NCBI RefSeq assembly: GCF_000025525.1
Contig: NC_013887.1
Location: forward strand, 1,626,871 to 1,658,870
Source: Methanocaldococcus sp. FS406-22
GTDB taxonomy: Archaea > AGJL01 > Methanococci > Methanococcales > Methanocaldococcaceae
Direction: 5' to 3'
DNA length: 32,000 nucleotides
Part shown: piece by piece, positions 8,368 to 17,013 of the stretch
Numbering within the stretch: position 1 is the first letter of the stretch
How the letters are laid out: each line of letters begins with the position of its first letter
Translations under genes and position numbers: made by a program
Notes under the pieces: model-generated
What the model was told of the DNA's origin: nothing
Database searches by the model: none
The model's input: only the letters and a program-made list of their open reading frames with translations

Positions 8368-9543
8368 TTATTCCCAAAGTGTTCCATTTAAATAACTTAT
8401 AACTTTATCGTTAGTTTTGTTGTATATTTTTCCAATCAACACCTTAATTTTAACTCCTTCGTTGGTATTAATCTCTTCAACATTTTTTATTGTTATAACC
8501 ATTTTCATCTTTCTCATAAAATCTAAAAACTCCTCAAAATCATCTTCACTATCAAATATTAGCTCAAAATCCTCAGAAATCCTCTCTCCATCAGCTATTT
8601 TATTAATTGTCTCAACCATTGGCAACAAAATTGCCTCTCCCAAATCTTTAGCCCTCTTTTTTCTCTCCTCTTCACACTCTTTAAACTCATAGCTCATAAA
8701 TCCTTCTCTCACAACCCTACTAAATAAAAAGTCCATTCCCAAATCAAAGAAAAATGTAAAGGCTGATTTTAAGTCTTCACACTGAGTATAGTGAGTTGTA
8801 TATTTTATTGGAGGAACAGCCATATCTGGGTCTTTTAAAACAACTCCCTCTCTCCCTTCTTCGTTTAGCTTTTCAATAATCTTCCTTACGTGTATATGGG
8901 CATTATCCTTATCGACAATTGCCAACGGCTTAACATAAGGTAAGTTATATTTCTCACATAGATTTATCCTCTCTTTTATTGGTAGCGATTTGTTTGTCTC
9001 CCTCTCTTTTATATCAAATATATAAAATCCGAGATTTTCATAACCTCTATCAACCTCTTTATAATAATAAGGTGTGTAGGGGTTGTTTAGACCAATCATT
9101 TCTCCACATAACATATACTCACTGTAGTCATCTAAAATTTCCAAATTTAAGAATTTTTTAACCTTTTTTGTTGTAAAGGGGCAGATATAACCACTTCTTG
9201 TTAAAGCATAAACTTCTCCATCTATTTTAACGATTCTTATGTTATAGCCGTTCAGTTTCTCTTCAATAACAACCTTATCAATGAAATGTTTTTTTATTGT
9301 TGGGTATAGGGTTATAGCCCTGTATGTTTTTGGATATCCCCTAACAACATCGAGGTTATCGTTTAGAAATATAACTGTCCCTTTCTCTACCCCTTTAAAT
9401 TCTTTTTTAAATAGTAATGTTTTTGTTTCTTTATATTCATCTTCTCTTAAAATTTTCTTGTTAAATGCTTTATTTAAATCTTTTATAGATAAATTGAGTT
9501 TTTCCGCTATTTTATTTAAGTCATATGTTAAGACCTTCATCAT
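8368..9543 (-). CDS. ATP-dependent RNA ligase, archaeal Rnl3-like (nucleotidyltransferase superfamily)
   Basis: Ligase motif I EEKLNGYNIR (KxNG). The sequence resembles the archaeal homodimeric RNA ligase family (from memory). Start chosen at ATG 9543 after GAGGTTGATA; the ORF track starts at a TTG at 9558. Confidence 0.7.
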   Translation of the reverse strand: MMKVLTYDLNKIAEKLNLSIKDLNKAFNKKILREDEYKETKTLLFKKEFKGVEKGTVIFLNDNLDVVRGYPKTYRAITLYPTIKKHFIDKVVIEEKLNGYNIRIVKIDGEVYALTRSGYICPFTTKKVKKFLNLEILDDYSEYMLCGEMIGLNNPYTPYYYKEVDRGYENLGFYIFDIKERETNKSLPIKERINLCEKYNLPYVKPLAIVDKDNAHIHVRKIIEKLNEEGREGVVLKDPDMAVPPIKYTTHYTQCEDLKSAFTFFFDLGMDFLFSRVVREGFMSYEFKECEEERKKRAKDLGEAILLPMVETINKIADGERISEDFELIFDSEDDFEEFLDFMRKMKMVITIKNVEEINTNEGVKIKVLIGKIYNKTNDKVISYLNGTLWE

Positions 9544-9564
9544 TATCAACCTCATCAAAATCTA

Positions 9565-9670
9565 TAGTGTTTTTCAAAACTTATTAAAATTAATAAGGAA
9601 TATTTGAATGTCTCCTTTGGAAGGCATTCATCAGTGCCTTAGTTATTCCAACATATTTTGAAAAACACTA
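9565..9670. mobile_element. MITE-like palindromic element, family B, intact copy
   Basis: Perfect 15-bp terminal inverted repeats TAGTGTTTTTCAAAA (9565..9579) and TTTTGAAAAACACTA (9656..9670). Central imperfect hairpin GAATGTCTCC-tttg-GAAGGCATTC. Confidence 0.7.
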
Positions 9671-9757
9671 AGTTATGGTAAAGTTATAAATAACTTATTA
9701 ACTATAATTATGATATTATTATTGCCGTCTAAATTATGGTAAAGAAGTGGGATAAAA

Positions 9758-10246
9758 ATGAGACGATTTAGAGTACTGGGAGGGGTTATGTTATTTGCTA
9801 TAGTTAGCTTGGTGGTGTGTGGTTGTATGATAATACTTCCAAAAAAATATCCTGACGTCCTATATAAAGAATATGATGTAATAAAGATCGAAAATAGGAC
9901 AATAAATGGTGTAAAAACAGCTATAGTATATCAAGTAAAGACAGAAATTGGAGCAAGGAGTAGTCCATATAGTTTAGATGCTGATAGCAAAAAAGATATT
10001 GGAGCAATAACATATTATGTTTTTAAGAATACAGATGTTGAGGAGGTGCAGATTATATGCTACTATGCAGGAGGGGGAGGGTTCCAACCCTACTACAAAT
10101 TTAAGATAAAGAGAAGGGATGCTGAATTGTCTGGACTTTTAAATGTTTCGGAAAAAGAACTACCTTCTGCAGTCTTATATTATATAGATAAGCTGATATC
10201 TTTAGGAGATATTTGGGTTAATAACAGGTTACCAGTAACAAAATAG
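9758..10246 (+). CDS. Hypothetical small exported or lipobox-like protein
   Basis: 162 aa with SD GTGGGAT. N-terminal hydrophobic segment ending VVCGC. No recognisable catalytic motif. Confidence 0.6.
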   Translation: MRRFRVLGGVMLFAIVSLVVCGCMIILPKKYPDVLYKEYDVIKIENRTINGVKTAIVYQVKTEIGARSSPYSLDADSKKDIGAITYYVFKNTDVEEVQIICYYAGGGGFQPYYKFKIKRRDAELSGLLNVSEKELPSAVLYYIDKLISLGDIWVNNRLPVTK

Positions 10247-10249
10247 CCT

Positions 10250-10366
10250 TATAGTTTTTTGCAAAAGTTATTAAAACCATATTATATGGAAAATTGAACA
10301 TCTCCTATTTGGAGACATTCATAAGTTGTCATTATTCATTCCAAAATGTTCTGCAAAAAAACTATA
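10250..10366. mobile_element. MITE-like palindromic element, family B, variant copy
   Basis: TATAGTTTTTTGCA (10250..10263) pairs with TGCAAAAAAACTATA (10352..10366). The interior is homologous to the 9565 copy, including the hairpin GAACATCTCC-tattt-GGAGACATTC. Same orientation as the 9565 copy. Confidence 0.65.
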
Positions 10367-10384
10367 ATAGTGGGGGAGGTAAAA

Positions 10385-10957
10385 ATGGTTCGTGTAGTTC
10401 CTTTAACTGATGAAGAAAAAATGAGTATCGTCTCTGGATTAAGAAGTTCAGTGCCTGCTACAAAGTTAGTGACATTGAGAAAGTTACAGGAGATTGCTGA
10501 AGTTAGACCAGAGGCAATCATATACTTGGATACTTATGATAAGGTAACGTTGAATGAAATTATTACGTTACTAAATCAGATAATCGAATACGACCCTGAT
10601 GAGATTCTAAGAAGAGAGGCAATGATAACTCTTGAAAAAGTTAAGAAAGCATTAGGTACTAAGTTTTCAACATTTGTTCCACTCTGTAATTCATGTAAAT
10701 CTCCAATTGACTTGGGGTGGAATTACTGTACTAACTGTGGGGCGGAAATTAAAAACATGACGTTTGAAGAGGAAATAGAGAGATGTAAAAACTGTAATAA
10801 TTACATTTCAGATTCTTGGAAATACTGTGCTCACTGTGGTGCAAAGTTAAAAGAAGAGGAAGAAGAGGTTTTAAGATGTCCAAACTGTAAGAGACCTGTA
10901 CAACCTGAGTGGATTATCTGTCCATATTGTGGTTATAGACTTAAAAGAAAGCCCTAA
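10385..10957 (+). CDS. HEAT-like N-terminal domain fused to three CxxC...CxxC zinc ribbons
   Basis: ATG at 10385 follows the strong SD GGGGGAGGT; the ORF-track start at 10346 lies inside the repeat element. Cys pairs: CNSC/CTNC, CKNC/CAHC, CPNC/CPYC. Confidence 0.7.
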   Translation: MVRVVPLTDEEKMSIVSGLRSSVPATKLVTLRKLQEIAEVRPEAIIYLDTYDKVTLNEIITLLNQIIEYDPDEILRREAMITLEKVKKALGTKFSTFVPLCNSCKSPIDLGWNYCTNCGAEIKNMTFEEEIERCKNCNNYISDSWKYCAHCGAKLKEEEEEVLRCPNCKRPVQPEWIICPYCGYRLKRKP

Positions 10958-10960
10958 ATT

Positions 10961-11674
10961 CTAAATGTTTAATTTTCTCCTCACATTTTTCACAACTTTG
11001 CTATATAACGCTATATTATACTTACTTCCCAACTTCCCATAGTGCCATCTTGTTTTCCATGGATTTTTTAGTAAGTTGGATTTTGCTTTTATTAACTCTT
11101 CAGTTTTTATTTTTAATAAATTTAAGAACTCCTTTGGTGACAAATCATCTGGTTTTTCTATATTTAACTCGCTAAATTTTGTGTATGCATTTCCAACTTC
11201 CCATATAAAATGGGCGTCACTTCCAAAAGCCATTGCAAAATCATATTTTTCAGCATATTCTAAAGCTTTTAAGTTTGGTTCTATACTTCTACATCTACTA
11301 TTAAAAACTTCAACAATATGGACGTATTTTAAAAACTCCCTCTCTTCTAACACATTAAATTTTGCCAAACTCCTTCTCCTACTCATGTCAAAAGGATGTG
11401 GAAGGTAAATTAAAGCCCCCTGCTCTCTAACTCTATCTAACGCTTCATACAAATCTAAATTTGCTGGGATTTCTTCAGTTAGGAATAAACCAATAAACTC
11501 TCCGCTATTTGTTGCTATCTCCTCTCCAGGTATTGCAAAATCTAACTTAGTTAGTTTATTGTGGTCACAAATAGCTGGGATAATATTTCTCTTTATACAC
11601 AATTTTTCTAAAAGACCTCTTGGATTTAAAGAGCACTTACTCACTATAGAATGCATATGCAAATCTACTTTCAT
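10961..11674 (-). CDS. PHP-domain metal-dependent phosphoesterase
   Basis: N-terminal VDLHMHS motif plus later HPF and GSDAH motifs, typical of the PHP family. ATG at 11674 follows GGGGA; the ORF-track start is a TTG. Confidence 0.75.
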   Translation of the reverse strand: MKVDLHMHSIVSKCSLNPRGLLEKLCIKRNIIPAICDHNKLTKLDFAIPGEEIATNSGEFIGLFLTEEIPANLDLYEALDRVREQGALIYLPHPFDMSRRRSLAKFNVLEEREFLKYVHIVEVFNSRCRSIEPNLKALEYAEKYDFAMAFGSDAHFIWEVGNAYTKFSELNIEKPDDLSPKEFLNLLKIKTEELIKAKSNLLKNPWKTRWHYGKLGSKYNIALYSKVVKNVRRKLNI

Positions 11675-11775
11675 TGATGTCCCCAATGTATTTTATAATA
11701 AAGTTTTTAATAATAATAACTCAACATGACTTATAAAAATTTAATCATGACTTAAAACTAAATTATAGCTATTAT

Positions 11776-13434
11776 TTAATAATCAAAAAACTCAAAACCG
11801 GCAACTGTAAATAAAAATACTGACGTTAAGAGATATCTCTCTTCCTGAGCAACCCAAAATAAGGGCATAATTAAAAATACTACTGCAAGGGTTAGGATAT
11901 AATATTTAAATGAACTGTTTTTAATGATTTTTTCTCTTTTAATGATAAAAAGTGTTAATAATACAGTTATTGGGAAAGCAATGTCCATTAAAAATTTGGG
12001 TAGATAAAATATAACATTTTTAATAAAAATATCTAATGAAATTCCTCCTTTTGTAGAAATCTCACCAACATAGCCATATATTTCTCCTCCACTTATAAAA
12101 AGCAAAGTAAGATACAACACAATCGATAACATTAAATATAATAATGACTGCTTATTTTTTTGATAAAAAGCATATATTAAAGGAATAGCTAAAGAATGAA
12201 CTCTAACCAAAGCTGAAATTGAAGTCAATAGAGATAATATAATGATTTCTAAATTTTTGCCTTTGAAATTTTTTAAAATATGCAAGATTATCATTAAAAA
12301 TGTTAAAAATGTTAATTCAGTGGAAAACATTAAAATATATTTTTTGAATAATGGAATTCCTAAGAGTATTAACATCACAATCAATCCTAAAAACTTCCTT
12401 TTGAAATAAAGAAATATAAATCCAACCATGATAAAGAACATATAGATTTGATAAAACACAATGCTTTCCAAAGATGGTTTAAAAATATGAAACCAAACAT
12501 ATAAACAATAAGAAAGACCACAAAAGCTTCTTCCAGAGATTATCGTTTCATAATGTCCTAAATATAGGAGAGATAATGCCCCATCCAAATAAACAAATAG
12601 TGCATCCCAAACAATACCAAAGTCATACTTATGCCAAAAAATCCATAATGCAGAGATAATTAACGCAACTATATAATAAGGGCTTCTAATATAATAGTAA
12701 AATATTGCAGAAGTAATCAACAAAATTATAAAGAATAAGAGTAAATCATTAAATTCGTAAGTTATATGTTTTGCAAATAGTCTCCCAATAGTGCTAGGCA
12801 AATTCTCATCACTGCCAGTTATATAGAGAGTGTTATTATAATAAATAACTGCTGGACAAAAAGAGACAATATATGGCAGTTTAATATTCCAATTATCCCT
12901 CATTTGTGGATTGTTATTAATATTTCCAACATAAATGACTGTTTTATTTCCATGATGGTCTTTTTTTAAAGAATAATATATAAATTTAGACCATTTTTTT
13001 GATATTGGGCTATTTCCTTCAATTATTATCCAGTTTCTTTTTTCAATTATTGTTTTTAATATTAACTCCTTTGATGGGTAGAATATTAAATTTCCACTAC
13101 AATTAATATTATAGAAATTGGATAACACCAAATAGGCGGTTTCAACCCTATCCTTTCCAGCAAATCTTTTATAATTTCCAATATTAAAACATTCAGGAAC
13201 TGAATATTTTCCACCAATAATGATTATTTCTGTTGCGTTCAGATTTTTTAATTCATTAACATATTTTTCATCTGTTGAACCCCAAGGAATTATAAATGGT
13301 GTTGCATTCAAATGTTCAGAAAGTTGATAAACTAGTGTTTTATCTTGGTCAGAGCCAACAACAACAGTTTGTGCAGAAGAATGGTTTATTATTAATGTAA
13401 GGATAATGAAAAATAATATTAAGGGTTTTTTCAT
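11776..13434 (-). CDS. Polytopic membrane protein with an N-terminal extracellular CWB2-like (cell wall binding repeat 2-like) domain
   Basis: Signal peptide. IIIIGGKYSVP and KRFAGKDRVETAYLV resemble the CW_binding_2 consensus. About 10 predicted hydrophobic helices follow. The start is 1 nt after the upstream stop. Confidence 0.6.
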   Translation of the reverse strand: MKKPLILFFIILTLIINHSSAQTVVVGSDQDKTLVYQLSEHLNATPFIIPWGSTDEKYVNELKNLNATEIIIIGGKYSVPECFNIGNYKRFAGKDRVETAYLVLSNFYNINCSGNLIFYPSKELILKTIIEKRNWIIIEGNSPISKKWSKFIYYSLKKDHHGNKTVIYVGNINNNPQMRDNWNIKLPYIVSFCPAVIYYNNTLYITGSDENLPSTIGRLFAKHITYEFNDLLLFFIILLITSAIFYYYIRSPYYIVALIISALWIFWHKYDFGIVWDALFVYLDGALSLLYLGHYETIISGRSFCGLSYCLYVWFHIFKPSLESIVFYQIYMFFIMVGFIFLYFKRKFLGLIVMLILLGIPLFKKYILMFSTELTFLTFLMIILHILKNFKGKNLEIIILSLLTSISALVRVHSLAIPLIYAFYQKNKQSLLYLMLSIVLYLTLLFISGGEIYGYVGEISTKGGISLDIFIKNVIFYLPKFLMDIAFPITVLLTLFIIKREKIIKNSSFKYYILTLAVVFLIMPLFWVAQEERYLLTSVFLFTVAGFEFFDY

Positions 13435-13435
13435 T

Positions 13436-15865
13436 TTACCACTCTTTGCTTAAATAATCATTTTTAATTAGTTCTTTTATTTTATCTAAGGCCTTCTCTT
13501 CACCATACATATAGCTATATACTTCATAAATATCCAATAAAGCCGCTAATGGTTTAATTTCATCTAAAGAATTATATTGACTAACTATTTTTTCTTCTTC
13601 TTTCGCTTTTTCTTTTAATCCTAATATATAGTAAATAAACATAATCTTCGCATAGGTAGCTTTTGAGTATTTATACTTATATTCGTCTTTTAAATAGCCG
13701 TTATCTCCTTCATAATCAATAATATACTCAGCTGATTTATTTATTGCTTCTAAAACCCTTGTGTCATTAGATAGTTTGTAATAGGCTCCTAAGCTATAAG
13801 CTACTTGAATAGTGTCAGATATTGACCTTCCCCATTTTCCATCTTGTTTTTGCTCTTTTAAAACGTAATTGATGTAATCGTTAAGCTGACTCCTATTTAT
13901 TAAATTTAACTCATAGAGGTAAGGAATTAAAGAAGCTACTTCAACTACGTCTTCTTCTTTATTGGTTGTTATGTTATAATCTATCTCTGAAACTTCCTTT
14001 TTTATATAGGATATAGCTTTATTCTTATTTTTGAAATTCATGTTTATTATCGGCTCAAGAACTCTTACAGTTGTTAATACGTCTTCTTTTGGAGGAATTC
14101 CAGTTACATAAGCACCATCCTTCATCTCTTTATATGCCAACCATTTTAGTAAATAATCCCTTCTCTCTTTAAATCTTGAATCATTTGTTTTCTTGTAATA
14201 CATATCATAAATCTTACAAATCTTTGCATTTAATACGAAGTCTGCTTTGTATCCTTCATCAAAGTCAGCGTAGTTATACCCTGTCCAGAATTTTTCAAGG
14301 TAATTTACTAGAGGGTCGTTATATCTTATTTCACCTTTATTTTTTGGCTCTAAGGTTGCATTTGGGATATATTTATAGATTTCAGAATTTCCATTAGCAA
14401 ATAGTAATTTAAAGTGAGTGTCATAAGCGACATACTCCGAAAGTCCATGCTTTATTATTCCATAGTTTCTTATTGTCTTATCTAAATAGACATATGAGAC
14501 ATTGTACTTCTTTAGTAAATAATAAGTTCTCTCCTTATCGACTTCTCCAAACATTGCAACCAAGTCAGAATATGCCATCATTACATCTCTCAAACTTGGT
14601 GGTTTTCCCATAAAGCCTTGATAAACCTTCATCCAAGTTAATATATCCCTTCTATGAGTGTTTCCTATGAGTAGATATCCTGTAGTCCACCAAGTTAGAA
14701 ATACTGAATTTTCAGGAGTATTTTTCTTAATCCAATCAAATGCTTCTTTATCTTTTACTGTTGGTGGCTTTATGAATAGATACGCTCCAGATACACCTTG
14801 AGTAGTAGAAACCAAGATAAAAATCGACAATAGTATTGCATATATTTTCTTTTTATTTATTTTAAATTTAAGTTTTAGGTTATTTAAGCTCAGTTTTATT
14901 TTTTCTACCCATCCTGGGAGATTCATATAGATATATTCAGAGGCCATTATTGATAATGGAAAGGTTGCATAAGGGTCTCTAAATCTAAATGAAAAACTAC
15001 CTATTGTCAAAAATGCCAAAGCCCATAGTGCAATACCTTTTTTTAGGTTATCTCCTCTTAAATACATATTAAGTGCTAAAAATCCAAATATTAGTTGAAC
15101 AACTCCTATCCATTTAAAGTATCCTAATAAACTAACTTCAGATTTAGGGATTCTACTTATTGCGTTAGATATCATTCCACCATCTACAAAGAATAATGCC
15201 ACTATTCCAAATAAGAAAACCCCCATCAAAATTAACATATACTTCGTATATCTTCTTGTGTATTCATACAAATAAGGGAGTGACATAAAGAATCCTGCCA
15301 ATACAAACATTACCCATCCTCTATGGGTTACCATATAGATTGGTAGTAAAATTATTAGTAATCCCAAATACTTCCAATTCTTTGATTTTAAAAACCTTGT
15401 AAATGTAAACATAGATAGGGTAAATAACAACAATCCTAAATTTTCAGGAATGTAGAGAGAACTTCTATATATAAAATTTGGAGCAAATGCAAAGAATAGT
15501 GTTGAAAGTAAGGCCACTTTTTCATTACTTACAACTTCCTTTGCAAAGTAATAATAAACCAATACTGTTAAAGTCCCAATAATTGCAGGTAAAATAAAAA
15601 AGACATAATCACTTGGAAATAGCTTATAACATAAAGCTCCAATAATATGAAACATTGGTGGATAGCTATAAGCTTTCAATCCAAGTAGGGAATATATATC
15701 TTTTGATATTACACCAAACCCCTCATTAACTATCCTCAGCGTTATATCTCTATGTAAATACTCATCATAAGTAGCTAGGATTAGATTTCTGTGGGGGATT
15801 AATCTAACTATGAATGAAATTATTAATAGTAGAATGAGAAATATTTTTTCAGATTTTGAGCTCAT
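13436..15865 (-). CDS. GT-C fold glycosyltransferase, STT3/AglB-like paralog with degenerate WWDYG (WWTTG) and a helical-repeat C-terminal domain
   Basis: 809 aa with SD AGGTGAT. First-loop motif YDEYLHRD (15746..15769) and LTWWTTGY (WWTTG at 14678..14692). About 13 hydrophobic helices. C-terminal QKQDGKWG-type repeats. Confidence 0.6.
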   Translation of the reverse strand: MSSKSEKIFLILLLIISFIVRLIPHRNLILATYDEYLHRDITLRIVNEGFGVISKDIYSLLGLKAYSYPPMFHIIGALCYKLFPSDYVFFILPAIIGTLTVLVYYYFAKEVVSNEKVALLSTLFFAFAPNFIYRSSLYIPENLGLLLFTLSMFTFTRFLKSKNWKYLGLLIILLPIYMVTHRGWVMFVLAGFFMSLPYLYEYTRRYTKYMLILMGVFLFGIVALFFVDGGMISNAISRIPKSEVSLLGYFKWIGVVQLIFGFLALNMYLRGDNLKKGIALWALAFLTIGSFSFRFRDPYATFPLSIMASEYIYMNLPGWVEKIKLSLNNLKLKFKINKKKIYAILLSIFILVSTTQGVSGAYLFIKPPTVKDKEAFDWIKKNTPENSVFLTWWTTGYLLIGNTHRRDILTWMKVYQGFMGKPPSLRDVMMAYSDLVAMFGEVDKERTYYLLKKYNVSYVYLDKTIRNYGIIKHGLSEYVAYDTHFKLLFANGNSEIYKYIPNATLEPKNKGEIRYNDPLVNYLEKFWTGYNYADFDEGYKADFVLNAKICKIYDMYYKKTNDSRFKERRDYLLKWLAYKEMKDGAYVTGIPPKEDVLTTVRVLEPIINMNFKNKNKAISYIKKEVSEIDYNITTNKEEDVVEVASLIPYLYELNLINRSQLNDYINYVLKEQKQDGKWGRSISDTIQVAYSLGAYYKLSNDTRVLEAINKSAEYIIDYEGDNGYLKDEYKYKYSKATYAKIMFIYYILGLKEKAKEEEKIVSQYNSLDEIKPLAALLDIYEVYSYMYGEEKALDKIKELIKNDYLSKEW

Positions 15866-15901
15866 TTTATCACCTTAAAAGTTATTTATTAAGTGATAGC
15901 A

Positions 15902-17011
15902 ATGGAAGCAATAAAATTAATAAAGAAGTTGGATGTATTTCATCCAATTGTTATTATTATTATTGGACATTTGGCAATTTTTATTCTGTCTCTACCATAT
16001 TTACATAATTTTAAATTATCTTTGTTATTAAAAATAATCGCAATTACTTTATTATATATCTCTGCATACTCACTTCCATTTGTATTTAATTTTAACTTCA
16101 AAGATTGTAAAATGTTGAGTTATTTAGCATTATTTTTATCATCATCTCTTGCATTATTTGGGGCTTTTAAGGTAACTGGCTCTCTAATTTTTGCAGTAAT
16201 TTATTGGTTATTTATCATAGCTGTTGTAGAGGTTTTTATCAGATATTATAATAAAAAGGTATTTACAGACTTTTTGTTTGTTGTTGGTATTTTATCATTT
16301 ATTTTGATTCTGTTGAAATATGGAGCGATACCTATATTAGATTATGATGTGAGAATGAAAATTAATTCAGAGCCGTTGAGATTAATAGCTACAGGAGCTT
16401 TAATTTATGCAAGCATTGAGAATAAAATTTATTTTATAGTGGCGTTTATACTGCTAATCTTACTTGGATATAAAGCGGGCGTATTAATGCTATTTATTGC
16501 ATACTTTGTTTATAGGAGGAGATCTTTAAAACATCTTATATTTTATTATATCGGATTACTAATTTTCTTAGGGATTATGGGAAAAATTATTCTGCTGTCA
16601 TCCAATCAAAACTGGAATTTAAATCCAATAGAACTTTTATGTTATAGGGCTTATTTTGATTTGTATGTTCTTAGCAAGATTATTGAAAGCAATATATTGA
16701 CCCTTGGGAAAATTACCCTAACTCCTAATGGAGAGCACCTTATAGGCGAGCTACTTTTTAGGTATCCTCATAATATTACAACAACTTTATTTGGAACGAT
16801 ATATCTTGATTTTGGGATTTTTGGAATCTTGTTTGCTATACTATTGGGAGCTGTATCAAAATTTATATATGAGGGTGATAAAAAGCTCTATGCAATATAT
16901 GCCTCTTTATTGTTAGCTTATTGTGATATAGGCATAAACTACGGATTTTTAATAGTTTTATCTTTATTATTTTATATAAATGCAAAGTTAAAAACACTTA
17001 AAGAGGGATAA
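15902..17011 (+). CDS. Polytopic membrane protein, possibly Wzy-like oligosaccharide repeat-unit polymerase
   Basis: About 10 or more hydrophobic helices with no soluble domain. Divergent from the GT-C gene. The family assignment is a guess from architecture and context. Confidence 0.4.
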   Translation: MEAIKLIKKLDVFHPIVIIIIGHLAIFILSLPYLHNFKLSLLLKIIAITLLYISAYSLPFVFNFNFKDCKMLSYLALFLSSSLALFGAFKVTGSLIFAVIYWLFIIAVVEVFIRYYNKKVFTDFLFVVGILSFILILLKYGAIPILDYDVRMKINSEPLRLIATGALIYASIENKIYFIVAFILLILLGYKAGVLMLFIAYFVYRRRSLKHLIFYYIGLLIFLGIMGKIILLSSNQNWNLNPIELLCYRAYFDLYVLSKIIESNILTLGKITLTPNGEHLIGELLFRYPHNITTTLFGTIYLDFGIFGILFAILLGAVSKFIYEGDKKLYAIYASLLLAYCDIGINYGFLIVLSLLFYINAKLKTLKEG

Positions 17012-17013
17012 AC

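Noticed and set aside
8417-8692. 91-aa plus-strand ORF
   Set aside because: Antisense shadow ORF inside the RNA ligase gene, with a low-complexity S/L/I-rich translation.
8979-9161. 60-aa plus-strand ORF
   Set aside because: Antisense shadow ORF inside the RNA ligase gene.
9281-9607. 108-aa plus-strand ORF
   Set aside because: Mostly antisense to the RNA ligase gene and runs into the family B repeat. No SD, and the translation is low-complexity.
10336-10521. 61-aa minus-strand ORF
   Set aside because: Antisense to the zinc-ribbon gene start and the repeat element.
11076-11408. 110-aa plus-strand ORF
   Set aside because: Antisense shadow ORF inside the PHP-domain gene.
11725-11758. Direct repeat CATGACTTA(T)AAA(A) twice, 21 bp apart, upstream of the PHP gene
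   Set aside because: The repeat is short and AT-rich, and it overlaps plausible TATA-like sequence. It cannot be separated from chance or ordinary promoter duplication without comparative data.
14176-14397. 73-aa plus-strand ORF
   Set aside because: Antisense shadow ORF inside the GT-C gene.
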